Source: Planctomycetota bacterium (GTDB lineage: Bacteria; Planctomycetota; Planctomycetia; Pirellulales; Pirellulaceae). From it: DNA of 64,000 nucleotides. The stretch lies in NCBI GenBank assembly GCA_963205385.1, contig CAUJKE010000079.1, positions 46 through 64,045 of the forward strand. Direction: 5' to 3'. Positions 19,602-30,157 of this stretch are shown piece after piece. The stretch's first letter is position 1. Each line of letters opens with the position of its first letter. Both the position numbers and the translations under genes were made by a program. The notes under the pieces were generated by a model, which worked only from the letters and a program-made list of their open reading frames with translations, did no database searches and was not told the origin of the DNA.

Positions 19602-20576
19602 ATGGGCGACAACCAACACCATGTGGATGGCACGCGACGCGAGTTCTTACAGACGGCCAGCGCTGGAACCGCGGCGGTGGTGGCCAGCCATGCACTGACG
19701 CTGGGCGCCGCGGAAGAGCAGCCGTTGCCGCAGCGCGACTTTGGAAAAACCGGCGTGCAAGTTCCAATCATTGGTGTCGGCACCGCGCCTGCGGGTCAGC
19801 GGCCGCGCCAGGAAGCGGCCAGGTTCTATGCGGATTGTCTGGATGCAGGCGTGAACTATCTCGATACAGCGCCTGAGTTTGCCGGCTACGGCGTGGCGCA
19901 GGCTGCAGTGGGAGACGTGCTCAAGACGCGCCGCAAGGAAGCGTTCGTGGTCACGAAATGCTGGGAGCCGGACGGCGAGAAGGCGCTCAAACTGCTGCGC
20001 GATAATCTCAAGGAGTTGCAGACCGATCATGCGGATCTGGTCTACGCCCACTCGATCGGTTCGGACAAGATGGATCCGCGCACCGTCGGTGGTCCGCAGG
20101 GCGTCATGAAAGCGCTGCAGAAAGCCCAGCGGGACGGTTTGACACGGTTCATCGGCGTGAGCGGCCACAATCGGCCTGAGCGATTTCTCGACATCATGAA
20201 GGACTTTGAGCTTCAAGCCATGATGACGGCCGTGAGTTATGTTGCGCGGCACATTTACGATTTCGAGGAGAAGGTCTGGCCGGAAGCGCAGCGGCGCGGC
20301 ATCGCCTTGGTGGCGATGAAGGTTTACGGCGGCGGTTCGAAGCCGCGAGGGGGAAGAATCACCGGCGCAGACGTCTTCGATGCGTTTCGCTACGCACAGA
20401 GCCTGCCGCAAATTTCCACCGTCGTGGTCGGCATGTATGACGACCGCGAACTCGCGGAAAACATCCGCTTCGCCAAGACGTATAAACCGCTCAACAAGCA
20501 GGAACTCGAAGACCTGACGGCGCGCGGCAAACGCCAATCCGACGACTGGGGCACGCCGTATGGCGCCGTCAACTGA
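19602..20576 (+). CDS. Tat-signal aldo/keto reductase
   Basis: ORF 19365..20576, probable ATG at 19602. MGDNQHHVDGTRREFLQTASAGTAAVVASHALTLGA is a twin-arginine signal. The AKR core follows (FGKTGVQVPIIGVGT...YLDTAPEF...FIGVSGH). Confidence 0.85.
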   Translation: MGDNQHHVDGTRREFLQTASAGTAAVVASHALTLGAAEEQPLPQRDFGKTGVQVPIIGVGTAPAGQRPRQEAARFYADCLDAGVNYLDTAPEFAGYGVAQAAVGDVLKTRRKEAFVVTKCWEPDGEKALKLLRDNLKELQTDHADLVYAHSIGSDKMDPRTVGGPQGVMKALQKAQRDGLTRFIGVSGHNRPERFLDIMKDFELQAMMTAVSYVARHIYDFEEKVWPEAQRRGIALVAMKVYGGGSKPRGGRITGADVFDAFRYAQSLPQISTVVVGMYDDRELAENIRFAKTYKPLNKQELEDLTARGKRQSDDWGTPYGAVN

Positions 20577-20583
20577 CAGCGAC

Positions 20584-20609
20584 GTTTGCTAAGCGTGTTT
20601 GCTAAGCGT
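20584..20609. repeat. 13-bp tandem duplication at the convergent actF / AKR gene junction
   Basis: GTTTGCTAAGCGT occurs twice back to back (20584..20596 and 20597..20609). The second copy contains the actF stop codon (20602..20604). Confidence 0.7.
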
Positions 20610-21765
20610 GGTAGTGCAAACTCTCCGGCAGGAACGGATCGTGAACAGGCACCGGCGGGGCCGACGCGAACGAGCGCGCGAGCAAGAGCGGCGCCGCGGT
20701 TACGACGCACGCGATCGCGGCGAGTTCCCAGATCCCAAACGCCGGCGTGTCGCCGAGCGTCGAGGGAAAGATCATCAACCACACATCGACCCAGCGGCCG
20801 ACGAGAATCAACACCGCCACCCTCAGCATCACGCTCCGGCTCCGCTTCGACGGGCGAGGCAAGAGAATAAAGAACGGCGCGAGCCAGTTCAACACGAGCG
20901 ACGCCACGACGACCGGTCCCCAAGGTCCGATGGTGCGCGTGACAAAGTGCGAGGTCTCTTCCGGAATGTTCGCGTACCAAATCAACATGTACTGGCTGAA
21001 CCAGATATACATCCAAAAGCAGCTAAAGCTGAGCAGCAGCTTTCCTAAATCGTGCAGGTGTTCGGTGGTGAACACGCCGTGCAGCGGGCGACCGGGCGCA
21101 CTGAGCACAATGCAGAGGATCACGATCACCGCGAGCGTCGCGACCATCATGCCGGCGAAGTTGTAGATGCCCCAGATCGTGCTGTACCACATCGGATCGA
21201 GAGCCATGAGCCAATCCACACTCGCGAGTGAAAAGGTAATCGCATACACCGCGAGAAAAATCGCGGCCAGGCGGACATTGCCGGTGTGTTGCTGCACGTT
21301 CACAGGGGCCGTGTCCTGCTTTCGCGAACGATAGACGAGCAGCGCTCCCAGCACGCTCCAGATGATGACGTAAGCCGCGGAGCGAGCGAACCAGAACATC
21401 GGTGTGAGCCAGAACTGCTTGAACCAGAACGTGCCTACGTCCCCATGCGGATGCCAGGCGTAGTATTGCGCGCCCAAGGCAAGGACGACCAAAAGCGCGC
21501 CGCCGGTGAGCGGCACGATCATCGCCATCGCCTCGGGAACGCGGCGAAAGGCCACGTGCCAACCGGCGCCTGTGATGAGGGCGAGCGCCAGGAACAGCGT
21601 TCCTCCCAGGCCGATTGTGAGCAAGAATAGCGCCGCCGCCAACAAATTGCTCCACGCGCGCTCGGGGGCGAAATACAACCCACTCGCCAGGATCGCGAGG
21701 CTCACGACACTCACGACACTCAGGCTGCGCCGCGCGGCGGCGGAAAGGGATGGGCTCTGTGGCAT
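20602..21765 (-). CDS. actF: Alternative complex III subunit ActF (polytopic membrane subunit)
   Basis: ORF 20602..21798, ATG at 21765. Multi-TM protein. It is last in an actABCDEF-ordered series. Confidence 0.75.
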   Translation of the reverse strand: MPQSPSLSAAARRSLSVVSVVSLAILASGLYFAPERAWSNLLAAALFLLTIGLGGTLFLALALITGAGWHVAFRRVPEAMAMIVPLTGGALLVVLALGAQYYAWHPHGDVGTFWFKQFWLTPMFWFARSAAYVIIWSVLGALLVYRSRKQDTAPVNVQQHTGNVRLAAIFLAVYAITFSLASVDWLMALDPMWYSTIWGIYNFAGMMVATLAVIVILCIVLSAPGRPLHGVFTTEHLHDLGKLLLSFSCFWMYIWFSQYMLIWYANIPEETSHFVTRTIGPWGPVVVASLVLNWLAPFFILLPRPSKRSRSVMLRVAVLILVGRWVDVWLMIFPSTLGDTPAFGIWELAAIACVVTAAPLLLARSFASAPPVPVHDPFLPESLHYHA

Positions 21766-21924
21766 CGGGCGAACTCCTACTGTGGATCGGCAATTCAATA
21801 GCTGGGGGGATCATGCAAAGCGGGCGCTCGACGTCTGCCGCACTGGGAGCATTGCAACCTCGGAAATGCCTCATGCAGAACGTGAGATAAACTCGCAGCG
21901 CAAGCAAAGCCAAGGCGACTTCGG

Positions 21925-22803
21925 CTACATTTCGTCAGGCGCATCAGGCTTCACCTCGGCTGGATTCAGTTTGGGGGGCGATGCGTCTGGCGGCGTCGCT
22001 GGAGGCTCCGTCGGCTCGGTGGCCGCGGGAGTATCAGCATCGGGTTCAGTCGTAGCGGGTGGTGTTGGTTCAGACGACGGCGTTGGTTCAGGGGATGGCG
22101 TTGGTTCAGGCGGCGGCGCTGTGTCAATTGGCGGCGCTGTTGCTTCAGGTGGTGCGGGTGCTTTGGCTTGCATGTCGCGGATATAGTTGATGACATCCCA
22201 GCGGCGCTGGGGCGTGAGTTGCGCGGCGAACTGCGGCATGGTCGCCTGACCGAACGTCAGGATGTGGAATAGTTGCCCGTCCTTCATCTGCCGTGACTTG
22301 CCGGTCAAGAGCGAAGGGGGAGGCGGAAAGCCGCGTTTGGCGACCGGCCCATCGCCGAGTCCGGTCGCTCCGTGGCAAGGGGTGCAAGAGACGCGAAACG
22401 ACTCGCCGCCTCGCAGGATCGACGCTTGCAACTGCGCGGCCGCTTCGGGGGAATCATCCTGGTGATAGGGATTGATGAGTTCTTCGCCGGCGCGCAGGGC
22501 GTCTTCCATGGTCGCCTCGAAGTGCAACGGCAGTTGGCCGCGAGCGATCGTCCCAGAGACCGGCGCTTGCAACGTGCGGCCGTTGGCGAAGTTGGGGTTC
22601 GGCGCGTAGGTTTTCCACGCCGGCGTGTATTTCATGTCCGGCAGGATCTCGATGTTCGGCTGCGTGTAATCGACGCGCGACATCACGGCGAGCAAGACGA
22701 CAATCGCCAGCACGACGGCTAACACGGTATTGGTGCGATTTAGCATGGCTTGTTGTTCTCTACAATCGACAGCGCGCGAGCTTTTCTCCGCGCGCCGCTT
22801 CAC
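21925..22803 (-). CDS. actE: Alternative complex III monohaem cytochrome c subunit ActE, with a long Pro/Thr/Glu-rich C-terminal tail
   Basis: The start is either GTG 22803 (GTGA overlap with the actD stop) or ATG 22746. It has one TM helix (VLAVVLAIVVLLAVM), a single CTPCH haem motif, then a 79-aa low-complexity tail. Confidence 0.8.
   Translation of the reverse strand: MKRRAEKSSRAVDCREQQAMLNRTNTVLAVVLAIVVLLAVMSRVDYTQPNIEILPDMKYTPAWKTYAPNPNFANGRTLQAPVSGTIARGQLPLHFEATMEDALRAGEELINPYHQDDSPEAAAQLQASILRGGESFRVSCTPCHGATGLGDGPVAKRGFPPPPSLLTGKSRQMKDGQLFHILTFGQATMPQFAAQLTPQRRWDVINYIRDMQAKAPAPPEATAPPIDTAPPPEPTPSPEPTPSSEPTPPATTEPDADTPAATEPTEPPATPPDASPPKLNPAEVKPDAPDEM
22061..22114. repeat. Three tandem 18-bp units encoding (S/P)EPTP(S/P) within the actE tail
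   Basis: GGTGTTGGTTCAGACGAC / GGCGTTGGTTCAGGGGAT / GGCGTTGGTTCAGGCGGC. On the coding strand these read PEPTPS PEPTPS SEPTPP. Confidence 0.8.
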
Positions 22804-23321
22804 GTCACGAGTTGTTCTTCCACTTTCAACACATCGTATTTCGTCAGCATCTGCTCCACGGACTGCACATCGAACGCGGCGTTGGTTTCGCCAATGACGA
22901 GCACGAAACGGTCATCGGTGGTGCGGGGGTAGATCTTTCGTGGTTGCTTCCCGGGCCACATCCGGGCGACGCCGAACAGCGCGAACACGGTTCCGAAGCC
23001 CGCCAGCAGCACCGCCGCTTCGAAGGCGACCGGCGCGTCCGAAGGGAGCGCGAACCACGGTTTGCCACCGACGTCGATGGGCCAGTCGATGGCGGCCGTC
23101 CAATGTTCGAACCACAACATGCCCAGGGCGCCGGCCATGCCGCACACGAAGCAGACCCAGGTCAAACGCGAAGGCTTGAGTCCCATCGCGCGATCCAGCC
23201 CATGCACCGCGTAAGGCGTGTAGACATCCATGATCCGTAGCCCGCGCTCGCGGACCGCCGTGGTGGCGGCGAGCAAGTCATCTTCGTGGTCGAACGTGGC
23301 AATCAGAACGCGAGAGCTCAT
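22800..23321 (-). CDS. actD: Alternative complex III subunit ActD (DUF3341-like)
   Basis: Only the 3' part of ORF 22800..23957 is credible. ATG 23321 forms an ATGA overlap with the actC stop. [43 protein letters not shown] plus two TM helices matches the ActD layout. Confidence 0.8.
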   Translation of the reverse strand: MSSRVLIATFDHEDDLLAATTAVRERGLRIMDVYTPYAVHGLDRAMGLKPSRLTWVCFVCGMAGALGMLWFEHWTAAIDWPIDVGGKPWFALPSDAPVAFEAAVLLAGFGTVFALFGVARMWPGKQPRKIYPRTTDDRFVLVIGETNAAFDVQSVEQMLTKYDVLKVEEQLVT

Positions 23322-24712
23322 GCTGCTTTCTCCGCACCGCTTTCGCGCTGGGGCGCGTGCGGCTTCTTTAAATGAGCAGCGCCTTTGACTTCCGCAATCG
23401 CAATCACCGGGGCGATGCGGCAGAAGATCAAAAAGCACGTAAAGAACAGTCCAAAGCTGCCGATGAACGTGGCGATTTCGACAATCGTCGGCGCGTAACC
23501 GGCCCAACTCGACGGCAGGAAGTCGCGATGCAGGCTCGTCACGATAATGACAAACCGCTCGAACCACATGCCGATGTTGACGACAATCGCGATGACAAAG
23601 ACCAGCGGCAGCGAGGCGCGGACGCGACGGAACCACAACAGTTGCGGAATGCCGACGTTGCACACTACCATGGTCCAATACGCCCATGCGAATGGCCCGA
23701 ATGCGCGATTCAGGAAGACGAACTGCTCGAAGCCGTTGCCGCCGTAGAACGCGATGAAAAACTCGGTGCCGTATGCGAGTCCCACCAGACAGCCCATCGA
23801 CAGCATGAGCTTGCACATGCGATCGATATGCATGGGGGTGATGTAGTCTTCCAGCGACATGACCTTGCGGGCGATGATCATGAGCGTCAGCACCATCGCC
23901 AGCCCGCTGAAGATCGCTCCGGCGACGAAGTAGGGTGGAAAGATCGTGGCGTGCCAACCGGGAATGACGGCCGTCGCGAAGTCCATGCTGACGATCGTAT
24001 GCACGGAGAACACCAGCGGCGTCGCGAGTCCGGCGAGTAGCAGGTACACCGTTTCATAGCGATGCCAGGTCCGCGCGGAACCATCCCAGCCCAAGCAGAG
24101 GAGCGAGAAGATGCGCCTCCGCCAGCCGGGGGCGCTTCGGTCGCGAATCGTCGCGAGGTCCGGCAACAAGCCGACATACCAGAAGACCGCGGAGATTAAG
24201 AGATAGGTGGAGATCGCAAACACGTCCCACAACAGGGGCGATTTGAAGTTGACCCACAGTGGCCCGCGGGTGTTGGGATAAGGCATCATCCAAAACGCGA
24301 GCCAGGGACGGCCCATGTGAATCAGCGGAAAAATCCCAGCGCACATCACCGCAAACAAAGTCATGGCTTCCGCCGCGCGGTTCACTGCGGTCCGCCACTT
24401 CTGACGGAACAAAAACAGCACCGCGGAGATCAATGTCCCCGCATGGCCGATGCCGACCCAGAACACAAAGTTGGTGATGTCAAACGCCCAACCGACGGTC
24501 TTGTTCAGTCCCCACACGCCGATGCCGGTCGCGATTTGATACGTGACCGCCACGACCCCCATCAATAATGCGGCGACCGAGATGCTGAACGCGCCCCACC
24601 ACAGCGCCGTGGGGCGGCGCGCCATCGGCTCGCAGATGTCGCGCGTCACATCGCTCAGCGTTTTGTCGCCGGTTACTAGCGGAGGTCGAAGCGTCGTTGT
24701 GCTGTCAGGCAT
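23318..24712 (-). CDS. actC: Alternative complex III subunit ActC (NrfD/PsrC-like quinol-interacting membrane subunit)
   Basis: ORF 23318..24820. ATG 24712 overlaps the actB end by 8 nt. It is a polytopic NrfD-family-like protein in the expected operon position. Confidence 0.85.
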   Translation of the reverse strand: MPDSTTTLRPPLVTGDKTLSDVTRDICEPMARRPTALWWGAFSISVAALLMGVVAVTYQIATGIGVWGLNKTVGWAFDITNFVFWVGIGHAGTLISAVLFLFRQKWRTAVNRAAEAMTLFAVMCAGIFPLIHMGRPWLAFWMMPYPNTRGPLWVNFKSPLLWDVFAISTYLLISAVFWYVGLLPDLATIRDRSAPGWRRRIFSLLCLGWDGSARTWHRYETVYLLLAGLATPLVFSVHTIVSMDFATAVIPGWHATIFPPYFVAGAIFSGLAMVLTLMIIARKVMSLEDYITPMHIDRMCKLMLSMGCLVGLAYGTEFFIAFYGGNGFEQFVFLNRAFGPFAWAYWTMVVCNVGIPQLLWFRRVRASLPLVFVIAIVVNIGMWFERFVIIVTSLHRDFLPSSWAGYAPTIVEIATFIGSFGLFFTCFLIFCRIAPVIAIAEVKGAAHLKKPHAPQRESGAEKAA

Positions 24713-27674
24713 GGTGGTCGCCTCCTGTCGAATGTTGCTCACCGATTTCCTCGTCTCGATTTCGGACCACGCGCTGGTAGGAGACGGAGGGCTGGAAGTT
24801 GAATTCCTCGAGCACTCCATATCGGCGCGGGTTTAGCTTGGCCTGCGACACGCGACTCTCGGGGTCGTTCATGTCGCCAAAGATGATCGCTTGCGACGGG
24901 CATGACTGCTGGCAGGCCGTTTGAATCGCTCCATCCGCGAGCGGCACGCCCAGGCGTTTGGCCTCGATCCTGGCGTGTTCGATGCGTTGTACGCACATCG
25001 AGCATTTCTCCATCACGCCGCGCGTACGAACTGTCACGTCTGGATTGAGCACGAGGTTGCGCAGGTCATCGTCGCGTTCGTAGTAAAACCAATTGAACCG
25101 CCGCACCTTGTAGGGGCAGTTGTTGGCGCAGTACCGCGTGCCAACACACCGGTTGTAAACTTGCTCGTTGAGCCCCTCTGCCCCGTGCACTGTCGCGAGC
25201 ACCGGACAGACGGTCTCGCAGGGGGCGTGATCGCAATGTTGGCACATCATCGGTTGATGCACGGTTTGCAGATCGTCGTCGTCGCCTGCGTAGTAGCGAT
25301 CGATGCGAATCCAGTGCATCTCCCGCTCGCGGCGGACTTCGTCCTTACCGACGACCGGCACGTTGTTCTCGGACTGGCAAGCGATCAGGCATGCCGAGCA
25401 GCCGGTGCAACAGTTCAAGTCAATGGCCATTCCCCAATGATGGCCGAGCTTTGGATGATCGTCCGGCCAGAGCTGCCCGGCGCCGATGTCGTGCACCTCC
25501 GGCGTGCCTGCGTGCGGATCTTTGGCGAATGCGGCCAACGTCGTCTCTTGCACCGCCTCGCGGACTTCCGCGCCGGGGGGCGCGACGTTGGCTGGAACTT
25601 TGAGCGAGGGATAACGCTGCGTCTTGGCGATGTCTCGCCGACCAGGCTGCTTTTCGAGCGTGACGTTGGTCAGCGCCAATTGCAGCGCTTTGTCGCGATA
25701 CTCGATGCACGGCGCGGCGTTCTGGCCGACAAGTTCGCCCGGCGCCACGGTGGGGCGCGCCTCCAGCCATTGCGGGCCGATCTTCGCAAAGCGATCAGTG
25801 CCCGGCACGCCATATCCCAAGGCGACCGCGAGGACGCGATCGTGTTGCCCGACTTGGATCATCGCCGGCAGTTCGAGACTGACGCCGCTGGCAGTCGTCA
25901 CCTTCACCAGATCCCCCTCGACGATGCCGCGCGCCTCGGCCGCTGCTGGCGACAGGCAAACGTAGTTGTCCCACGTGGCTTTGGTGACGGGATCGGGGAG
26001 TTCTTGCAGCCACGGGTTATGAGCGTGCCGGCTGTCGGTGAGCGCGATCTTGGAATACAGCGCCAACTCAAACTCTTCGCCGGCTGGCTGGCTCTCTGGA
26101 AAGGAGACTTTGTCGAATTGAAAGTCCGTCGTTTTCGCTGCTGCGGCCGTGGCTTCGACGAAGCCGTTATGCACCGCTTGATCCCAAAACACTTGAAACG
26201 GCGATGACGTCTTAGCGCGTTTGGCGATCACGTCCTTCCAATGCGCCTGGAGCGTGTCATAGGCGGAGACTCGGCGGCCTTGCCAGCGTTGCAGGCTTTC
26301 GAGGATCGAGCGGGTCTGGCCGAGCGGTTGCAGGGTCGGTTGCGAGAGCGACACGACGCCGCTGACCGGTTCCGCGTCGAGCCAGGACTCGAGAGGATGA
26401 TTGTCGGGGCAGATATAATGCGCCAGCGCCCCGAAGTCGTCCGCCCGCTCCGCGAAGCTGATGACGAGCGGAACCTTTTTGATCGCGGCGGCGAGTTCCT
26501 CGCGCTGCGGAAGGTTTTGCGTGAGATCGGTTCCCGCGACGAGAAGCGCCGCGACCTTGCCGGCCTTCAGGTCGGCCATCAGTTGCGCGACGTCGGCATC
26601 GCTGGCTTGTCGCTGGCGGGAAGGCTGTTCGATATCGAGTGTCTGGCCGTAGTTCCCGAGCGCGTGGTTGAGGTAATTGACCAGCTTCTGCACCGCAATG
26701 GATTGGCTGTCAGAAATCACCAGGCTAGCGCCGCGGGCGTTCCACAGCCGCTCACCCAAGTCGCGCAAATCCGATTGCGCGAGTGGGCTCTTCGGCGGTT
26801 GGCCGGTGGGAAGCTCCAGACCGGCGCGCTTCCCAATGTCCTGTGCTAAGTGACTCAATACGGCAGCGTATTCGCTGGGGGCCAGGCGAAAGCGACGATC
26901 AGCGTTCGCGCCGGTCAACGACATGCGGCCTTCGAGTTGCACGTGGTGCGACATCACCGGCTTGTCCGGCGTAGGCGTGCGCTGCGTGCGCCATGCCGCC
27001 ATGAATTCCACCGGTGAAATCCAGGCGCCGAGAAAGTCAGCGCCGAAGGAAACAATCACCTTGGCTTGCTCGAAGCGATAATGGGGCAGCAGACGCGCGC
27101 CGTGGGTCTCTGCGTGCGCGTCCAAAATAGCGGAGGAACTGACGGCGTCGAGCGTCACATGGCGGCCGCCTGGGAACGACTTCAGGAAGGAGTCGATCGT
27201 GGCTTGTAGCGTCGGGCTTGTGACTGTGGAAGTCACGAAGACCACCGCGTCATCGTCACCCAAAGCCGCTAACTGTTTGGTGATCGCGCCGTCGACTTCG
27301 TCCCAGGTCGCCTGCTGGCCATCGCGCAGCGGATATGCGAGGCGTTGACTGTCATACAGTCCCAGCGGCAAAGCCTGACCGATCGCGCACAGCCCGCCGC
27401 GCGAGAGCGGATGCTCAGGGTTTCCTTCCATCTTGAGCGGTCGCCCGTCCCGCACGCCGACCAACAGACCACACCCCGCGGGACAGCCGCCGCATGTCGA
27501 GGCATACGACATCATGCGGCCGGGCACGACCCCTTCAGGTTGGTGCACAAACGGCAGGGCCGTCACCGTCGGAGCGCGCCAGCACCCGCTCAGCGCCGCG
27601 AGAGACATCGTGAAGCCGGCAGCTTCCAAGAATTGCCGTCGGCTGGCATGGTTTAAGAGTTCGCTATAGTTCAT
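24705..27674 (-). CDS. actB: Alternative complex III subunit ActB (molybdopterin-oxidoreductase-like domain fused to 4Fe-4S ferredoxin domain, Tat signal)
   Basis: ORF 24705..27899. ATG 27674 gives [31 protein letters not shown], a Tat signal. The N-terminal Cys cluster reads CGGCPAGC...C. The C-terminal half carries several CxxCxxCxxxCP ferredoxin motifs ([41 protein letters not shown]). Confidence 0.9.
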   Translation of the reverse strand: MNYSELLNHASRRQFLEAAGFTMSLAALSGCWRAPTVTALPFVHQPEGVVPGRMMSYASTCGGCPAGCGLLVGVRDGRPLKMEGNPEHPLSRGGLCAIGQALPLGLYDSQRLAYPLRDGQQATWDEVDGAITKQLAALGDDDAVVFVTSTVTSPTLQATIDSFLKSFPGGRHVTLDAVSSSAILDAHAETHGARLLPHYRFEQAKVIVSFGADFLGAWISPVEFMAAWRTQRTPTPDKPVMSHHVQLEGRMSLTGANADRRFRLAPSEYAAVLSHLAQDIGKRAGLELPTGQPPKSPLAQSDLRDLGERLWNARGASLVISDSQSIAVQKLVNYLNHALGNYGQTLDIEQPSRQRQASDADVAQLMADLKAGKVAALLVAGTDLTQNLPQREELAAAIKKVPLVISFAERADDFGALAHYICPDNHPLESWLDAEPVSGVVSLSQPTLQPLGQTRSILESLQRWQGRRVSAYDTLQAHWKDVIAKRAKTSSPFQVFWDQAVHNGFVEATAAAAKTTDFQFDKVSFPESQPAGEEFELALYSKIALTDSRHAHNPWLQELPDPVTKATWDNYVCLSPAAAEARGIVEGDLVKVTTASGVSLELPAMIQVGQHDRVLAVALGYGVPGTDRFAKIGPQWLEARPTVAPGELVGQNAAPCIEYRDKALQLALTNVTLEKQPGRRDIAKTQRYPSLKVPANVAPPGAEVREAVQETTLAAFAKDPHAGTPEVHDIGAGQLWPDDHPKLGHHWGMAIDLNCCTGCSACLIACQSENNVPVVGKDEVRREREMHWIRIDRYYAGDDDDLQTVHQPMMCQHCDHAPCETVCPVLATVHGAEGLNEQVYNRCVGTRYCANNCPYKVRRFNWFYYERDDDLRNLVLNPDVTVRTRGVMEKCSMCVQRIEHARIEAKRLGVPLADGAIQTACQQSCPSQAIIFGDMNDPESRVSQAKLNPRRYGVLEEFNFQPSVSYQRVVRNRDEEIGEQHSTGGDHHA

Positions 27675-27736
27675 CGTGGAGTTTCCTGAGTTTGAGCCGC
27701 GCGCTGGTCCGCGTTGTGTCTTGCTTGGCGCTGGCG

Positions 27737-28390
27737 TCAATAATGGCAGGTGGAGCAATCGGTCGACGCATGAACCGGCTGGCCGTTGACGCCGGCCTTG
27801 TTCACTTCGCGGTGGCAATTCACGCACCAGCCCATCGACAGATCCTCGACTTGGCGCACCCGCTCCATCGATTCGACGGGCCCATGACAACGCTGGCAAG
27901 TGACGCCGGCGGAGACGTGCGCGCTGTGATTGAAGTAGGTAAAGTCCGGCAGGTTGTGCACGCGCGTCCAGGGAATCGAGGTTGCCGTGGCATCCTCTTT
28001 GGGCTTGAGGTCTTGATCGAGCGCGAGTGAATCGTAGAGCTTGCGTAGCTTATCTGAAATAATGGGTTGGGGTTTGCGTTGCTCGCTGTCGGCCAGTTCC
28101 TGCTCTTGCTGCAAGACATCGAAGGAACTCGTCACGACGCTGTGGCACTTCATGCACACGTCGCTCGACGGGATGCCTGCGTAGCGGCTCTGTTTTGCGC
28201 CGGTGTGGCAGAACTGGCAGTCGATTTGCAATTCGCCGGCGTGCAAGCGGTGCGAGTAGTCGATCGGTTGTTCAGGCGAGTAGCCGGTCTCGCGATCGGG
28301 CAAACGCCAATCCATCATGCCATAGACGAGCATGGTGAAACCGAAGCAAATTCCGATCAAGAGAATGACGGTGATGATGCGTTGTTGCAT
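27737..28390 (-). CDS. actA: Alternative complex III pentahaem cytochrome c subunit ActA
   Basis: 217 aa with an N-terminal TM helix and five CxxCH motifs (CQFCH, CMKCH, CQRCH, CVNCH, CSTCH). Confidence 0.9.
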   Translation of the reverse strand: MQQRIITVILLIGICFGFTMLVYGMMDWRLPDRETGYSPEQPIDYSHRLHAGELQIDCQFCHTGAKQSRYAGIPSSDVCMKCHSVVTSSFDVLQQEQELADSEQRKPQPIISDKLRKLYDSLALDQDLKPKEDATATSIPWTRVHNLPDFTYFNHSAHVSAGVTCQRCHGPVESMERVRQVEDLSMGWCVNCHREVNKAGVNGQPVHASTDCSTCHY

Positions 28391-28474
28391 GATAATGGTC
28401 CTCGATAGCGAGTAACCCGTGGTGTTTCGTGGGGAGTGGTCGATGGACTGCGCGGTGTGAACGGCGATTTTTCC

Positions 28475-30118
28475 CTAGCACTTGATTTCCGCGTTCTTGC
28501 GGGCGTAGAACCACCAGTTGACCGCCAGACAACTCGCGTAATACAAGGCAAAACCGTACAAGGCATATTCCGGCGTTCCAGCTCGGATTTGGGTCGCAAA
28601 CACCTCGGGAATGAAGTACGCGCCATAGGCGGCGATGGCCGAGGTCCAGCCAAGCACAGGCCCGGCCTGTTCCTTGGAAAAAATAATCGGGATCATGCGA
28701 AACGTGGAGCCGTTGCCGATGCCCGTGGTGGCGAACAGCACGATAAACGTCACCAAAAAGGGAACGAAGTACACTTCCGGCGTAGGGGACATCCGCGCGA
28801 GATAGACGAAGTAGCCGGCGAGGATCGTCGAGGCCACCATGATCCAGGTGTCCCACTGTGTGACGCGGGCGCCGCCGAATTTATCAGCCAACCAGCCGCC
28901 GACGGGACGGATCAACGCGCCCACACCGGCGCCGATCCAGATGAAGTTGGCGGTGACCGGCGCGTGCGGATTGGCGATGCTGCTGGCTAACGGCGCGCCA
29001 TCGGGACCGACGTTGATCTGACCGAAGATCAGGTCGATCAAGACGGGAAACGCGTTGGCGTAGCCAATGAACGAACCAAACGTCATCGTGTAGAGCCACG
29101 TCATCGCCCAGTTATGTTTGTTATTGAAAATGGCGAACTGGCTCTGCAGCTTATTGCGCGTATCGGTCGGCGTGAGAAAGCGCATCAGCAAGAGTGTGGC
29201 GATGACCGACGCGACGAGCGTGACCGGGATCTTGAGCAAGACGGGAACCGCGCCCCAGTCACTAATCAACATCCAAATGCCCAGCGCCCCGCCGGCGAAG
29301 CCGAGAATCGTGAGCCACAAATACTTGCCGATCGCGACCGGCGTGGAGCCGCATTTATGTTGCGGCAGATTATTCATGAAGAACCAGGCGAGAATGCCAA
29401 AGAACGTCATGATCGGCACCCAGACCAGGGCTCCGTTTTGCACCCAGAGTTGTCTCGAAACCCCATCTTCGAAGATCGGCTGCGGAGCGCCGCCTAGTGC
29501 GCCGAACACACCCCGTGTGATGATCCACGGAATGAGAAACTGCATGACGCTGACGCCTGCGTTCCCCAGCCCCGCGTTGAGTCCCAGCGCCAGGCCTTGC
29601 ATGCGTTTGGGAAAGAAGAAGGAGATGTTCGACATGGACGAAGCAAACGCGCCGCCGCCAACGCCGGACATCGCCGCGAGGATAATGAGCGTCGTGAAGG
29701 ACACGTTGGGATCGCGGAGCGCCAGCCCGGCGCCGAGCGCCGGTAGAATTAGCAGAACGGTCGTCATGAATTTGACGTTGCGCCCGCCGCAGATCGCGAT
29801 CATGAACGAGTTGGGAATGCGGAGCGTGGCCCCCATCAGTCCAGCGACGGCCGGGAGGGTTAGCATCAACGCGGCGTAGCCGGCCTTGTTGGCGCCGTAC
29901 GGTTCGCCGTCATTGCCGAAGGTGAAATTGAATAACTCGGGATTGCCATTATGAATGCGGGCCAAGATCTTGGCGATCATTCCCCAGTACAGCCAGACCG
30001 AGAACCCGCAGAGCAAGTTCGGAATCGAAATCCACAGATTGCGATTCGCGATGGATTTGCCCGTGGATTCCCAAAAGGCATTGTCTTCAACGTCCCAACG
30101 TTCAGGGGTGCGCGTCAT
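28475..30118 (-). CDS. narK: MFS nitrate/nitrite transporter, NarK2/NarT-type
   Basis: ORF 28475..30151, ATG at 30118. MTRTPERWDVEDNAFWESTGKSIANRNLWISIPNLL and GGGAFASSM...GLNAGLGNAG are NNP-family signatures. It follows narK1 in the nar operon. Confidence 0.85.
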   Translation of the reverse strand: MTRTPERWDVEDNAFWESTGKSIANRNLWISIPNLLCGFSVWLYWGMIAKILARIHNGNPELFNFTFGNDGEPYGANKAGYAALMLTLPAVAGLMGATLRIPNSFMIAICGGRNVKFMTTVLLILPALGAGLALRDPNVSFTTLIILAAMSGVGGGAFASSMSNISFFFPKRMQGLALGLNAGLGNAGVSVMQFLIPWIITRGVFGALGGAPQPIFEDGVSRQLWVQNGALVWVPIMTFFGILAWFFMNNLPQHKCGSTPVAIGKYLWLTILGFAGGALGIWMLISDWGAVPVLLKIPVTLVASVIATLLLMRFLTPTDTRNKLQSQFAIFNNKHNWAMTWLYTMTFGSFIGYANAFPVLIDLIFGQINVGPDGAPLASSIANPHAPVTANFIWIGAGVGALIRPVGGWLADKFGGARVTQWDTWIMVASTILAGYFVYLARMSPTPEVYFVPFLVTFIVLFATTGIGNGSTFRMIPIIFSKEQAGPVLGWTSAIAAYGAYFIPEVFATQIRAGTPEYALYGFALYYASCLAVNWWFYARKNAEIKC

Positions 30119-30157
30119 GATAGTGGCTTGTTCCTGCGATCCGCCAGGCATCGCGAA

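Noticed and set aside
21925-22164. Repetitive DNA in the actE tail considered as a CRISPR or VNTR locus.
   Set aside because: The repeats are 18 bp, contiguous, in frame and encode PEPTPS units. There are no spacers, so this is coding low-complexity sequence.
23322-23957. 5' two-thirds of the 385-aa ORF 22800..23957.
   Set aside because: This part overlaps actC in another frame and translates to low-complexity Arg/His-rich sequence. Only the part from ATG 23321 (ATGA overlap with the actC stop) looks like ActD.
28391-28474. Possible terminator between narK2 and actA.
   Set aside because: Only direct CCACG-type repeats are present. There is no stem-loop followed by a T-run on the minus strand, so no terminator is called. 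Separate promoters cannot be excluded.
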